A stretch of DNA of 64,000 nt from an uncultured archaeon (GCA_964645535.1 CAZYCQ010000010.1:1-64000); one strand, 5' to 3'. Numbered from the stretch's first letter, positions 9,528 through 19,752 are shown. Numbers and translations: made by a program. The notes: generated from the letters alone by a model not told the origin.

Positions 9528-9890
9528 TTAAGGACGAACTGCATTTGCCATTCTAGCAATTTCTGCATAGGCAACCATGCTTTGGAAGGATGCAGGGGTC
9601 CATGCCACCACAAATCCATCCCAAAACATGCACTTGGCGACTATGATATGCCCTTGACCCTGAATGTTGGTGAGGACATATTTATCGTCACCTTTGTTGA
9701 TAACGCTGAATTTGATATCATTGACCACAATGGAGTTATCTCCCCTTTGCCAGGCTGCAATAACTGCCATTGGATCGAATCCTGGCCATTCGCCTACTGA
9801 CCAGTAAGTGTTCCCTTGAGGATCAAGTAGGAAACCAACTCCAACAATTCCTTCTCCAACAACTCGTTCAGCAATTTCATTGAAAGACAT
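9528..9890 (-). CDS. Profilin (Asgard-type)
   Basis: 120 aa; LLDPQGNTYW..GEW, SIVVNDIKFSVI, YVLTNIQGQGHII, C-terminal helix. Confidence 0.85.
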   Translation of the reverse strand: MSFNEIAERVVGEGIVGVGFLLDPQGNTYWSVGEWPGFDPMAVIAAWQRGDNSIVVNDIKFSVINKGDDKYVLTNIQGQGHIIVAKCMFWDGFVVAWTPASFQSMVAYAEIARMANAVRP

Positions 9891-9988
9891 AAGGTATTAC
9901 CTCTGCTACTCTTATTATTTTCTTCTTATAATGCTTTGTGGTTTTTAAGAGTACAAAATTAAATTAATTCTGGAAACAAAGGCAATTT

Positions 9989-10282
9989 ATGAATGAAAAG
10001 GCTGTATGGGAGGTTGATGGTACAACAACCCGGTTGCGGATCTTGGTCAAACCCAAATCAGGGAAGTTTAGCATAGCAATTGAGGGAAATGATATCTTGA
10101 TTCATGTCAAATCCCCTCCTGAAAAGGGAAAAGCAAACAAAGAGATCATTAAGGGGTTGGCTAAAATCTTGGGATTATCAAGTTCTGCCATTAGATTGAT
10201 CTCTGGACAGACGACAACCGAAAAAATTTTGGAGATTGATGCACCTTTCGCTCAAGTTCAACAAAAATTAACCAAACACTGA
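9989..10282 (+). CDS. DUF167 / UPF0235 (YggU-like) protein
   Basis: VKPKS...VKSPPEKGKANKEII..LAK.LG...I.LISG.T...K. Confidence 0.92.
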   Translation: MNEKAVWEVDGTTTRLRILVKPKSGKFSIAIEGNDILIHVKSPPEKGKANKEIIKGLAKILGLSSSAIRLISGQTTTEKILEIDAPFAQVQQKLTKH

Positions 10283-11419
10283 CTTGAAACCTCTTTCAAG
10301 ATCGTTGATCAGATCTTTGACATTTTCAATTCCTACACTTAATCTGATGAGATTGGGATTGATTCCTCGTTCCAATCTCTCTTTTTCGGTGTAGGATCCA
10401 TGGGTCATTGTAGGTGGATATTCAGAGAGGCTTTCCACACCTCCTAGGGATTCTGCCAGATGGAACAGTTCTAGACTTTTCAGGAAGTCATTGGCTTCTT
10501 TTTCACCACCCTTGATTTCGAAGGAGATCATCCCTCCTCCTCGTTTCATTTGACTCTTAGCAATCTTTGCTTGATCTCCTCTGAAAGGATAGTATATTTT
10601 TTCTACCAATCCCTGTTCTTTCTTTGTTTCCAAATACTGGATGATCTGTTCTGCATTTTGTGAATGTCTTTCTGCCCTAAGCGCCAATGTTTTCAAGCCC
10701 CGCAATACCAGCCAGCAGTCAAATGGGGAGGGAACTGCTCCTGCTGCATTTTGAAGAAATTTCAAATCCTCGTAAATCTTCTCGTCATTCATCACGACAA
10801 TTCCGCCAACCACATCCGAATGCCCGCCGATGTATTTTGTTGTTGAATGAATCACAATATCCGCTCCCAAATCCAATGGCTGCTGCAGATAGGGTGAGGC
10901 AAAAGTATTGTCAACTACAAGCCAAATTCCGTTTTCCTTTGCGACCTTGGCAATGGCTCGAATATCTGAAACTTTCAACAAAGGGTTGGTGGGGGTTTCC
11001 AACCAAATCATCCGCGTATTGTCTCGAATGGCTCTTTCCACATTCTCTACTTGGGTGGTGTCAACATAGTCGTATTGTATGCCAAATCGTTTCATGACTT
11101 TGTCAAAAAATCGGAAGGTACCGCCATATACGTCATCTCCACAGATTACATGGTCTCCTTTATTCAATAGGAGTTGAATGGTGGTGGTTGCCGCAGAACC
11201 TGAAGCAAAAGCTAGACCAAATTTTCCATTTTCAAGAGAGGCTACGTTTTTTTCCAATATCAATCGTGTGGGATTTCCGGTTCTGCTATATTCAAAGCCC
11301 TTATGCTTACCCACCTCCTCTTGCTTGAAGGTGGTGCTTAAATGGATGGGTGGAACAACTGCTCCAGTTAGCTTATCTGGTTCTTGTGCAAAATGGATTG
11401 CCTTGGTTTCAAATTCCAT
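10268..11419 (-). CDS. Cystathionine gamma-lyase/synthase (Cys/Met metabolism PLP enzyme)
   Basis: YSRTGNPTR, ETPTNP, VDNTFASP, HSTTKYIGGHSD, AESLGGVES, IRLSVGIE. Confidence 0.95.
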   Translation of the reverse strand: MEFETKAIHFAQEPDKLTGAVVPPIHLSTTFKQEEVGKHKGFEYSRTGNPTRLILEKNVASLENGKFGLAFASGSAATTTIQLLLNKGDHVICGDDVYGGTFRFFDKVMKRFGIQYDYVDTTQVENVERAIRDNTRMIWLETPTNPLLKVSDIRAIAKVAKENGIWLVVDNTFASPYLQQPLDLGADIVIHSTTKYIGGHSDVVGGIVVMNDEKIYEDLKFLQNAAGAVPSPFDCWLVLRGLKTLALRAERHSQNAEQIIQYLETKKEQGLVEKIYYPFRGDQAKIAKSQMKRGGGMISFEIKGGEKEANDFLKSLELFHLAESLGGVESLSEYPPTMTHGSYTEKERLERGINPNLIRLSVGIENVKDLINDLERGFKSVFG

Positions 11420-11455
11420 GAGGAGAGATATACTTGTTCCTATTAAACTGATTAG

Positions 11456-12412
11456 TTAAGCTCCATTATTCTCTTCCAACTTTAGCTGAAGGAGCTTGGC
11501 GACTTTCTTGGCAATCTGGTTGAAGGATTTGGCAAATTCGGTTTCCAAAAGTGCAGAGGGTTTGCCTTCGTCTGCTTGGATTACCACTTGCGGTTCAAGT
11601 GGAATATCTCCCAAAAATACGAGACCAAGTTTGTCAGCCAGTTCTCGTCCACCTCCTTCTTTGAATACTGGAACTTTGTTGCCACAATGCGGACAGGTCA
11701 GGCTGGACATGTTTTCAATTATGCCCAAAATTGGCATGCCGACTTTGGTTGCAAATCCAATCGATTTACGGACATCATGAGTTGCTACCTTTTGGGGAGT
11801 CGTTACAATCACTGTTCCCGAAATGTTATCGAACAATTGCGCTACTGTCAAAGGTTCATCACTAGTACCTGGAGGAAGATCGATGAAAAGGACATCCAAT
11901 GGTGGCCATTTCACATCAGAAAGAAACTGGCGGATGGCGGCAATCTTCAGTGGCCCTCTCCAAATGACAGGTGTGTCCTGATTTAGAAGAAGATCAATGG
12001 AGATGATATGAATCCCATTTGTTTTTGTCGGAAGTATCTTCCGTCCTTCAATTTTGGCGAACTGTCCTTCCAACCCCGCCATTAATGGAATGGATGGTCC
12101 TGTAACATCTGCATCTAGGATACCGACTTCAAATCCTGCCCGGGCAAATGCTAGTGCAAGGTTATAGGTAACTGTTGATTTGCCTACTCCTCCTTTTCCA
12201 CTTTGCACAACAACTGTTTTCTTAATATTTCTCAGCGTTTCTCTCAAGGAAACTTCTTGATGTGCTCTTGCGGCAACATTGGGATCAACCATTGGTTTTT
12301 CAGGAGGCTTTTGCAAAAGAGAATCCGGAGAAATAATATTATCATTTGTCGTTGTTTTCTCCATTAAATCTGGAACTTCATTTGGATTGGGGTTTTGAGA
12401 CAGCTCAATCAA
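11456..12412 (-). CDS. Mrp/NBP35 (ApbC) Fe-S cluster carrier ATPase
   Basis: SGKGGVGKST, DADVTGPS, IWRGP, DLPPGTSD, ENMS..CPHC. Confidence 0.95.
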   Translation of the reverse strand: MIELSQNPNPNEVPDLMEKTTTNDNIISPDSLLQKPPEKPMVDPNVAARAHQEVSLRETLRNIKKTVVVQSGKGGVGKSTVTYNLALAFARAGFEVGILDADVTGPSIPLMAGLEGQFAKIEGRKILPTKTNGIHIISIDLLLNQDTPVIWRGPLKIAAIRQFLSDVKWPPLDVLFIDLPPGTSDEPLTVAQLFDNISGTVIVTTPQKVATHDVRKSIGFATKVGMPILGIIENMSSLTCPHCGNKVPVFKEGGGRELADKLGLVFLGDIPLEPQVVIQADEGKPSALLETEFAKSFNQIAKKVAKLLQLKLEENNGA

Positions 12413-12482
12413 CTCCTCTATACTTCAGGGAAATAATGGAATGGATCATTTAATACATTTAGATAAATTCCACTGGAATTCC

Positions 12483-13682
12483 TTAATCCAAGTGCATAAT
12501 CGCTGCATTTCTTCCATGGAAAACCATGCGGGTGTAGATTTCATCTTTATCGATTGACCGGTGAAACAACCATTTGGTTCCATTGAAATAATTTCCCTTT
12601 TCCAAGGACCAATTCTTGAAGCCAGAGATATTTGCCCCTCCAACAGTGGCCATTTGAAGGATCTCTCTTGCAGAGAACGATGAATTATCAAAAATCGCCT
12701 TAATATCCTTCCACATGACAGGGGAATGAAACATGGCATTGTCTGAACCGATCCCAATTTGCAAAGGTGACAAACCTGCTTTCTGGATAAGATCATAGGG
12801 ATGCAATTTGGTTTTGGTGAAAATATTTGACCTAGGACACAGGATCAATCCTATGTTCCCTTCTTTGAGGGCTCTATAATCTTCAATAGTACCATGGTTT
12901 CCATGAACGATCGCATTAGGTTTTAAATTTTCTGCACAGAATTGGATGTCCCCCATCCCGTTTTCGATATTGGAACGTTCGGTCAACTTAGGATCCTCTC
13001 CTGCATGGATTTGGAAATGAGAATCCCGTTTTTCCACGGTTTTTGCCATATGGAAAAGATCTTCCATATTATAGGCATAGAGATCGCGAATTCCAAGACC
13101 ACCAATATCCAGAACAAGATCCAGTTCCTCCAAATCTTTTGGTCTTCCCAAAATCTGGACAAAGGGGAGGAAGTAATCCAATGTTTCCTCTATGGAATTC
13201 TTGGCTTCAATTCCTTCAAATCCCGTGATTTTTGTCCTATATCCTGCCTTCTTCACCTTTTTCTTCAAAAGAGGTGATTCAAGGTATGGGGTTAATCCTT
13301 GGACTCCTCCCTCTCTGAAATCATTGTATCCACCAATTCCCAAAATGGATGATTCATAATTGAAATTTTCTAAGTTGAGTCGTAATCTCTGATCCGAAAG
13401 CGAAGTAAGATACTTGACCTTCAATCCTTCAGGACCCACCAAGATTGAGAGATCATTTGGTTTGATTCCTCTGAGCCCATAATCCCCTGCATGGGCATGA
13501 GCATTGAAAAAAGAAGGTAACAGGACTGTAGTTTCCTTCTCAACTTTTGTTGTCTCTGAAATATCTAGGATTTCTAGATTTTTTCCAATAACCAGCTCAA
13601 CATTTTCCATTAATTCAAGACTATCTCCAACCAAAGCATATCTTGAATGGATTATGGCCGGATCTTCCATCTCCTGACTCAC
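12483..13682 (-). CDS. Amidohydrolase / deaminase superfamily protein
   Basis: PSFFNAHAH.GD, DFREGG, IHAGE, VHGNH, CPRSN, GSDN. Confidence 0.9.
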   Translation of the reverse strand: MSQEMEDPAIIHSRYALVGDSLELMENVELVIGKNLEILDISETTKVEKETTVLLPSFFNAHAHAGDYGLRGIKPNDLSILVGPEGLKVKYLTSLSDQRLRLNLENFNYESSILGIGGYNDFREGGVQGLTPYLESPLLKKKVKKAGYRTKITGFEGIEAKNSIEETLDYFLPFVQILGRPKDLEELDLVLDIGGLGIRDLYAYNMEDLFHMAKTVEKRDSHFQIHAGEDPKLTERSNIENGMGDIQFCAENLKPNAIVHGNHGTIEDYRALKEGNIGLILCPRSNIFTKTKLHPYDLIQKAGLSPLQIGIGSDNAMFHSPVMWKDIKAIFDNSSFSAREILQMATVGGANISGFKNWSLEKGNYFNGTKWLFHRSIDKDEIYTRMVFHGRNAAIMHLD

Positions 13683-14104
13683 ACAGAAAGTCTATTCATT
13701 TCTCGCCATAACTTGACTGCCGCTTCAACAGATTTTGTGGCGAATGATTCAATTCGGGCTTTTGACTGCATCATGGTTAGGTTAGGACCGGAAATTCCCA
13801 ATGCAACAGGTTTATTGTATTCAAGACTTAAATCCGTTATTTTCCTTGCAACTTGATTTGCAATCAGTACATCATGATCTGATTCTCCTTTGATGATAGT
13901 TCCCAAAGTCACAACGGCATCAATATCTTCCCTCTGCAACATAACTTTCAAGATTAGCGGCATATCATATACTCCTGGTACGTGGGCAATTTCAACAATT
14001 TCGCAACCCAGAAATTCTGCATGTTCTTTGGCTCTCATTTCCATGAGGTATGTATGGTCATAGTTGGTTTGGCTTGTGACAATTCCTAGCCTTGGATTTT
14101 TCAT
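13679..14104 (-). CDS. ribH: 6,7-dimethyl-8-ribityllumazine synthase
   Basis: VPGVYDMP, DAVVTLGTIIKGESDHD, KPVALGISGP (archaeal type). Confidence 0.95.
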   Translation of the reverse strand: MKNPRLGIVTSQTNYDHTYLMEMRAKEHAEFLGCEIVEIAHVPGVYDMPLILKVMLQREDIDAVVTLGTIIKGESDHDVLIANQVARKITDLSLEYNKPVALGISGPNLTMMQSKARIESFATKSVEAAVKLWREMNRLSV

Positions 14105-14174
14105 TCGAATCCTTTGAACAATTGTTTCAATATATCAGTTATGATCAAAACCAATCCCATTGTAGGAATTTGCT

Positions 14175-14729
14175 TCAATCATCTTCTGCAACTGCAAGAT
14201 GCAATAGAATTGATATGGCAAGAATACCTGTTATCATCCATTGTCGATGAAGGAACCGGATAAACGTCCTGCTTTCTCGGAATTTCCAGAATGGTTTGAA
14301 CTTGAAATAAATGAATAGTCCAGAAACTGAAAGAACTACCATTGCAAGCACTGCAATCCATCCACTGTAGTAAGTAAGGCGGGTATACTCATGCATGGAA
14401 AGACCATGCAAAGCTCCAAAAATTGTGGCAAGGATGTTTGTAATGAGATGGGCAATCATCATCGGTCCTCTCAATGATTTATAGGTGGTTTTGATTAAAT
14501 CACCATATTCCTCATTTTCTGTAAGATTGAGTTTCTTTGCCAATACATATCCTCTTCTTAAAATGACGTATCCCCCTCCAAGTACCAACATAACTATTGC
14601 AAGGGATCCCAGTCCTTTTCCAAAATCATCTCCAAATCCTTCATTTTCATAGCCATCATCTGCCATTGATTGATAGATTGATAACAGCAAGAGAGCAAAA
14701 ACGATACCTGCAAACAATTTTTTCTTCAT
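14175..14729 (-). CDS. Membrane protein with paired histidines (cytochrome b / ferric-reductase-like)
   Basis: Signal-like N-terminus plus 4 TM; His pairs AHLIT...ALHG and LHRQW...LLHL. Confidence 0.55.
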   Translation of the reverse strand: MKKKLFAGIVFALLLLSIYQSMADDGYENEGFGDDFGKGLGSLAIVMLVLGGGYVILRRGYVLAKKLNLTENEEYGDLIKTTYKSLRGPMMIAHLITNILATIFGALHGLSMHEYTRLTYYSGWIAVLAMVVLSVSGLFIYFKFKPFWKFRESRTFIRFLHRQWMITGILAISILLHLAVAEDD

Positions 14730-14838
14730 ATTTTCTACATCTAATCCATTGTATTTAAATTAACTCAGAACAAACTCGCCCATTAATCATGACCATTACA
14801 TAGATTTCATAAAGCCAAATGAAAACTTAAGATTGAAA

Positions 14839-14909
14839 GCGCCTGTAATGTAGTGGAAACATGTAGGCCTCCGGAGCCTAATTCCTGGGTTCGAATCCCA
14901 GCAGGCGCG
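14839..14909 (+). tRNA. tRNA-Arg(CCG), intronless, CCA not encoded
   Basis: Acceptor GCGCCTG/CAGGCGC, D-stem ATGT/ACAT, anticodon arm TAGGC-CTCCGGA-GCCTA, T-arm CTGGG-TTCGAAT-CCCAG; TTCATAAA upstream, T-tract downstream. Confidence 0.95.
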
Positions 14910-15381
14910 TCTTTTTAATTGCTCTGAAAAGTCCGAAAAGCAGAGCTGGAATGACTGCGAGAAACTTAACAGTTGCAAAAAGACTCAAAGTAAAAGCAAT
15001 TCCATCATTGATGATCCCGAATAGCATGACAAAAGTCAACAAATTTTCCAGATAATCGGCAATCATGCCAAAAAGGGAGATTCGTTTCCAAGTTTCAAAT
15101 CCTGTTTCTACATATGAATGCAGGCTATAGTTCAAGGCAAACAGTGCAGCAGGAAAGATCATATCGACCAGCATAAAAAGGAAAACATATTGTTTGATTG
15201 GCTCCCATGCATTAAAAATTTCATTTGCTCTTTTGGCATTCCATGCAAATTCCTGATCAAGGATATTGAAACCTTGTTCTTCCATTGGACGGCCTAGGAT
15301 AATGAAGAAGACTTCACAAATCACTACAACTGACAATGAAATGGTCACTGATTTGTTCATATTTTCGTGTGTTGGTGTCAT
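14878..15381 (-). CDS. Hypothetical 4-TM membrane protein
   Basis: LVDMIFP and IADYLEN motifs; 3' end runs antisense into the tRNA. Confidence 0.8.
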   Translation of the reverse strand: MTPTHENMNKSVTISLSVVVICEVFFIILGRPMEEQGFNILDQEFAWNAKRANEIFNAWEPIKQYVFLFMLVDMIFPAALFALNYSLHSYVETGFETWKRISLFGMIADYLENLLTFVMLFGIINDGIAFTLSLFATVKFLAVIPALLFGLFRAIKKTRLLGFEPRN

Positions 15382-15407
15382 CCTTAAAACTTCTTTGCAC
15401 TTTCGAC

Positions 15408-16238
15408 TTACAAATCCTCAATATCGTTGTCCTTCATTCTGTCAATGATAAGATGTTGAAGAAATTCATTTCCGATCAAACGCAAGGTCAACAGATGTTC
15501 CGTTTTCTTTAACCTTCGAATGATGCATCGCAAAACATCTTGATGTTTTGTGAGTGTCGCCAAATGAATCAGTTTTTCAGGGTTAACAATACGTTTGGTA
15601 GCCACAAAACGAACATTTTCATCAATATCGTTCATTGCTACTTCCATAAGGAAATCATCATCTTCTATCCTATCAACGGCAGTATATCTGACCCAATTGT
15701 CGCTATCTTCAACGGCTATTTTCTTTAGAATTGGCTGGGATTTGATGACGCTTGCACATGTTTCCCGTACCGCTCGATCCAATGATTTTTTCCAAATCTG
15801 ATCGAGGATCTCATCATCTTGGATGCGCTTGGTGGCTTCCACTCGTACCTTTGGATCATCATCATTGATGACGATTTCCGCAAGATCTTTTTCTCCTTTG
15901 ATTCCTTGAATAGCTGCTGTTCGAACACGTGGATGGGGGTCTTTAGTGGCTATACGAATAAGGGTTTTTGGATTCTTGATTTTCCATGCTGCAACATACC
16001 TCACTGTCCAACTGGGGTCATTCAGCGCCGCATGACAAAGACATTCTTCATTCTTGATTTTCTTCACGGCTAATTCGCGAACACTTGAATCCGGGTCTTT
16101 CCTTGCAACATATTCCAATTTTTCTTGTTCCTGCAAAACTTCGACAATTTGACGGCGTTGAGAAGGGTCCCTGAGATAGGCCAATTGCCTGAAAAGCTGC
16201 TCATCGCTTACCCCTGAAATCCTCCTCTGAATATTCAT
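15408..16238 (-). CDS. Short HEAT/LRV-like repeat protein
   Basis: About 8 repeats of ~25 aa of the form L..IA..D....VR..A...I. Confidence 0.85.
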   Translation of the reverse strand: MNIQRRISGVSDEQLFRQLAYLRDPSQRRQIVEVLQEQEKLEYVARKDPDSSVRELAVKKIKNEECLCHAALNDPSWTVRYVAAWKIKNPKTLIRIATKDPHPRVRTAAIQGIKGEKDLAEIVINDDDPKVRVEATKRIQDDEILDQIWKKSLDRAVRETCASVIKSQPILKKIAVEDSDNWVRYTAVDRIEDDDFLMEVAMNDIDENVRFVATKRIVNPEKLIHLATLTKHQDVLRCIIRRLKKTEHLLTLRLIGNEFLQHLIIDRMKDNDIEDL

Positions 16239-16292
16239 CGCTTCAATAATTTTTCCAACCCCACATTATTAAGCAATTGCTTCGTTGCGTAG

Positions 16293-17102
16293 TTAGAATC
16301 GAAAAATTAGTTTTCTCATCCGTTGTTTCTGTGAGCGTTTGACAAACTTGCGCAAGTCATCTTCATATCTTTCTTTTCCTGTTAAATATCCCTTGAGCAT
16401 CTGTACAATGGTTTTTGGATTTTTCTTTCTTAAGGCTCTTCCAATGGCAAGCGGCCAATAATATCCCAATGCACGCATTGCCTCTCCATAGGCATTGTAA
16501 TCCGTTCTTTTACCAGTTGGCCTCTGAAGTTCCATAATCAATTCAGGAATGGCGTAAGCCTCAAATCCCATTTCCCTTGCCTTGAAAACAGGATAGGATT
16601 CCCACCCGACCTTTACGGGATATCTCGCTCCGATCCTTTCCCAAAACACCCGTTCAATCATCCGTCCTGTTCCTCTAACCTCCGGTTTTGCTCCTGGTCG
16701 GTATGTTTCATTTTCAATGATGCCTGATGCCATTACCAATCTTTTATTGGTCTTGAATTCCTCAAGCAACCTTTTGACATAATTCTCAGGAAGAATGGTG
16801 TCTGCTCCAACGACAAGGATGAATTCATGATCTGGAAATCTGCGTTTCGCCTCTTGAAATCCTTCATTGAATGTTTCTGCAAGCACTGCCTTTCCAACGG
16901 CTCCATATCCCCGATCCGGTCGATCAACAACGACGACTTTTGAATATGATAATGCAACTTCTCTTGTTCTGTCAGTGGATCCATCGTTGACAACAATAAT
17001 TGCTTCTAGTTCTTTTTCCTGACGAAGAAGACCTTCAAGGGTTTTTGGAAGATAAGCTTCTTCATTCCGGGCAGGGATTACCGCGATAACCTTTCCCATC
17101 AT
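16293..17102 (-). CDS. Glycosyltransferase family 2
   Basis: VIPARNEE, VVNDGSTDRT, GAD at the DxD position. Confidence 0.92.
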   Translation of the reverse strand: MMGKVIAVIPARNEEAYLPKTLEGLLRQEKELEAIIVVNDGSTDRTREVALSYSKVVVVDRPDRGYGAVGKAVLAETFNEGFQEAKRRFPDHEFILVVGADTILPENYVKRLLEEFKTNKRLVMASGIIENETYRPGAKPEVRGTGRMIERVFWERIGARYPVKVGWESYPVFKAREMGFEAYAIPELIMELQRPTGKRTDYNAYGEAMRALGYYWPLAIGRALRKKNPKTIVQMLKGYLTGKERYEDDLRKFVKRSQKQRMRKLIFRF

Positions 17103-17143
17103 CTCAACGGTTTAATCCTCAAAGAAAAGGATTTCTCAACAAA

Positions 17144-17572
17144 TCACTCTCTGATTTGTCGCAGTCTCATAGCGATTTGACCTCTATGGGTTGCAAGATG
17201 TTCAAAAAAATGATAAAGGAGGTATTTGTAGGAATACCTGTTTCCTGTCTTTTGGGATACCCATTCTTTATCAAGGTCTGTCGGTTGCAGGTTTTTGATT
17301 GTCTTGAGGTGTTGTTCTTTTGAGATATTGAAGGCGCGTTTCAACTCTTCCTTGTCTTCCTTGTCCGAGATTTCAAGGGTACTGTGTTCATCTGGGAAGA
17401 GGTATTTGGCCATCATGAATTCAGCAAGAGCCATATGAGCAAATCTGTCTCCTATGGTCTCTCCATCCGAAATTTCTACTTTTAGTTCGTCTGTTTCAAT
17501 TTTGTCCAGAAGTTGATCAATGGACTTGTGTTCCTCTTCTATCAAGTAAGCGAAGAATTCATTGAAATCCAT
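17144..17572 (-). CDS. DinB/YfiT-like four-helix metalloprotein
   Basis: TIGDRFAHMALAE...HFFEHLATHRGQI; start taken as MDFNEFF. Confidence 0.85.
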   Translation of the reverse strand: MDFNEFFAYLIEEEHKSIDQLLDKIETDELKVEISDGETIGDRFAHMALAEFMMAKYLFPDEHSTLEISDKEDKEELKRAFNISKEQHLKTIKNLQPTDLDKEWVSQKTGNRYSYKYLLYHFFEHLATHRGQIAMRLRQIRE

Positions 17573-17597
17573 GATTTCAGAAAATTGGTTTGATCCT

Positions 17598-18386
17598 TTA
17601 AAGATATGGGTTTTCCCCATTCTTATAGAATTCAAAATAAATGTCTGTTAGAAACGTACTTTCATTTACTCTGAAAACTTTCTTGAATTTATTGACTTGC
17701 TGAAAGATGGGTAGTCGATCAGTAATGTAATTGATTGCCTCAATCAAGCCATCAGTCATCGGATTAATATGGGGATCTCCGACAGGATAGATCTGTCCAT
17801 TCTTATCAAGAATGACTAAGGAAAAATGAGTCATATGCGAATCAAAGTGTTGCATATACTCTCGGAAACCAAGTTCTGATTTGATCTTCAAATTCTGTCT
17901 TGTTAGTTGCTTCATGATTTCCCCAGTGGAAGAAACCAGAAGGAAAAATCCGGTGCACCCCCGATACACTTTGGTATTTTGATCTAAATTAAATCCTAGG
18001 GCATGACTTTTTGCATCCTTATGAATGAATACCTGATCCGAAATTATTTGTGGCAATCCAAAATTTTCAACAAATTTATACTTCAGATATCCGAAAAGAT
18101 AGATGTAGGTCAGAATCGGACTTGACAAGACAAGGTAATACAATATCCCTTGAATATCTCTCTGTTGAAAAACAAGTCCCATCAACCCATAGAATAGAAT
18201 CTGCAAATAAAGGATCACAAAAAATTTCACCCATCCTTTTTCAATGTAGAATAACCCTTTCCTGACAATTATTCGAAATCCCTGATTTCCCAATTCGATT
18301 TGGAATTCATATCCTTCACCCCTGAAAGATCTATCGATTGTGTAGTTTGAAAAAACCTTGTCAGAGATATAGGGAATCAATGCCAT
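17598..18386 (-). CDS. Hypothetical protein with two TM segments
   Basis: 262-aa ORF, two central hydrophobic helices. Confidence 0.7.
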   Translation of the reverse strand: MALIPYISDKVFSNYTIDRSFRGEGYEFQIELGNQGFRIIVRKGLFYIEKGWVKFFVILYLQILFYGLMGLVFQQRDIQGILYYLVLSSPILTYIYLFGYLKYKFVENFGLPQIISDQVFIHKDAKSHALGFNLDQNTKVYRGCTGFFLLVSSTGEIMKQLTRQNLKIKSELGFREYMQHFDSHMTHFSLVILDKNGQIYPVGDPHINPMTDGLIEAINYITDRLPIFQQVNKFKKVFRVNESTFLTDIYFEFYKNGENPYL

Positions 18387-18486
18387 TAAGGATCACTTCT
18401 GTTTTTTCATAGCATCGGAATTTATTTACTCTTCCTTTCGGAAAGAAAATTCGAGGAATAATTCTAGAGTTGTTTCAAACAAAGAT

Positions 18487-19728
18487 TTAGTCACCCAATA
18501 CCGGAATTTGCGGATAATCTTTGATTTCGGTCTTAAATGCGGTTTCTTTCCTGAAATTAAGAAACATGGTCATGATTGTACTTATTCCTCCCATGATTGC
18601 TGAGATCCAAAATAGGGTTGTCATGGGGTCTCCAGATGCATGTTCGTAATAAAAGCTTCCAATCAGGGGCGCAACAATCTGACTCAATGCAATTGCTGAA
18701 TTGCCAATACCAAGCACAAGTCCATGATTTTCCTCATTTGTCACTTCTGTAATCAGTGCATTCAATGCAGGGTTCATCAATCCTAATCCAATTCCAGCAA
18801 CGATGGCAGCAATATTAAGCAGAAAGAAGGTCTTTGCATAAACCATCATGACATAAAATGTGGCATTGATCATTGCTCCTATAAAAATGACTGGTTTTCT
18901 TCCATATCTGTCTGATAGACCACCGAGAAGACCTTGACCAATTGCAACCATAACCCCATAAACACTTACGAAAACACCAAAATGGTAAGGTTCCAAGTTC
19001 AGATCATCATAAATGTAAAATGAAAAGCTGGGTTCAATGAGCATCCATGAGGAAACAGAAAAGATTGTAACCAGAAGGTAAGCCGAGAATGCAAAAAAGG
19101 GTTTTGGTATCTTTGAATAGATCTGACTGAATGAAAACCGTTTGGCGGCCAAATTTTGATTTTTCTGAATTACTTTGCTTTCCTCCAACAGATAGAAGGC
19201 AAATGCGACACCGATCAATCCAAATGATGCCGAAACAAGAAATGGAATTTCAAAGGATGGAATTAGTGCAAAAAGGAAGCCTCCTACCATGGGTCCAACG
19301 ACAATGCCAATGGAACTTCCAGCAGTTACTATTCCGATTGCCTGTGCACGTTCTTCCTCCTCACTCAATTCAGATGCAAGGGCAATGGCCGCTGGATTAA
19401 TTCCTGCGGAGAATGATCCCTCCAGAAATCTGAAAATCAAAAGATGGATGAATGATTTGGAAACAAGAAAACCGATGTTGGAAAACGAATATCCCACGAG
19501 ACTTATGATAATTACCAACCTTCGTCCATATCGGTCTGCAAATGATCCTAGCAAAGGAGAAAACAGTGTTGCAGAAAGGGCCCATGCGGCAGTAAGAATT
19601 CCTAATTCCCAGACTCCACCTCCAAAATGCTCTAAAAATTTCGGAAATATTGGGAAAATAATGCCAAAACCTGTCATGATCGTCATTGCCACCAATGACA
19701 AGAAGTAGATCTGCCTTGATTGACCCAT
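18487..19728 (-). CDS. MFS drug:H+ antiporter-like transporter (TetA/Bmr type)
   Basis: GFGIIFPIFP, GSFADRYGRR, GIVVGPMVGG, GGLSDRYGRK. Confidence 0.93.
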   Translation of the reverse strand: MGQSRQIYFLSLVAMTIMTGFGIIFPIFPKFLEHFGGGVWELGILTAAWALSATLFSPLLGSFADRYGRRLVIIISLVGYSFSNIGFLVSKSFIHLLIFRFLEGSFSAGINPAAIALASELSEEEERAQAIGIVTAGSSIGIVVGPMVGGFLFALIPSFEIPFLVSASFGLIGVAFAFYLLEESKVIQKNQNLAAKRFSFSQIYSKIPKPFFAFSAYLLVTIFSVSSWMLIEPSFSFYIYDDLNLEPYHFGVFVSVYGVMVAIGQGLLGGLSDRYGRKPVIFIGAMINATFYVMMVYAKTFFLLNIAAIVAGIGLGLMNPALNALITEVTNEENHGLVLGIGNSAIALSQIVAPLIGSFYYEHASGDPMTTLFWISAIMGGISTIMTMFLNFRKETAFKTEIKDYPQIPVLGD

Positions 19729-19752
19729 AGGTTCAGTTCAGTTTTGTCCCTA

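Noticed and set aside
15408-16238. Deoxyhypusine hydroxylase (HEAT repeats, DHS present in window)
   Set aside because: Lacks the His-Glu iron-binding motifs; repeats are shorter, LRV-like
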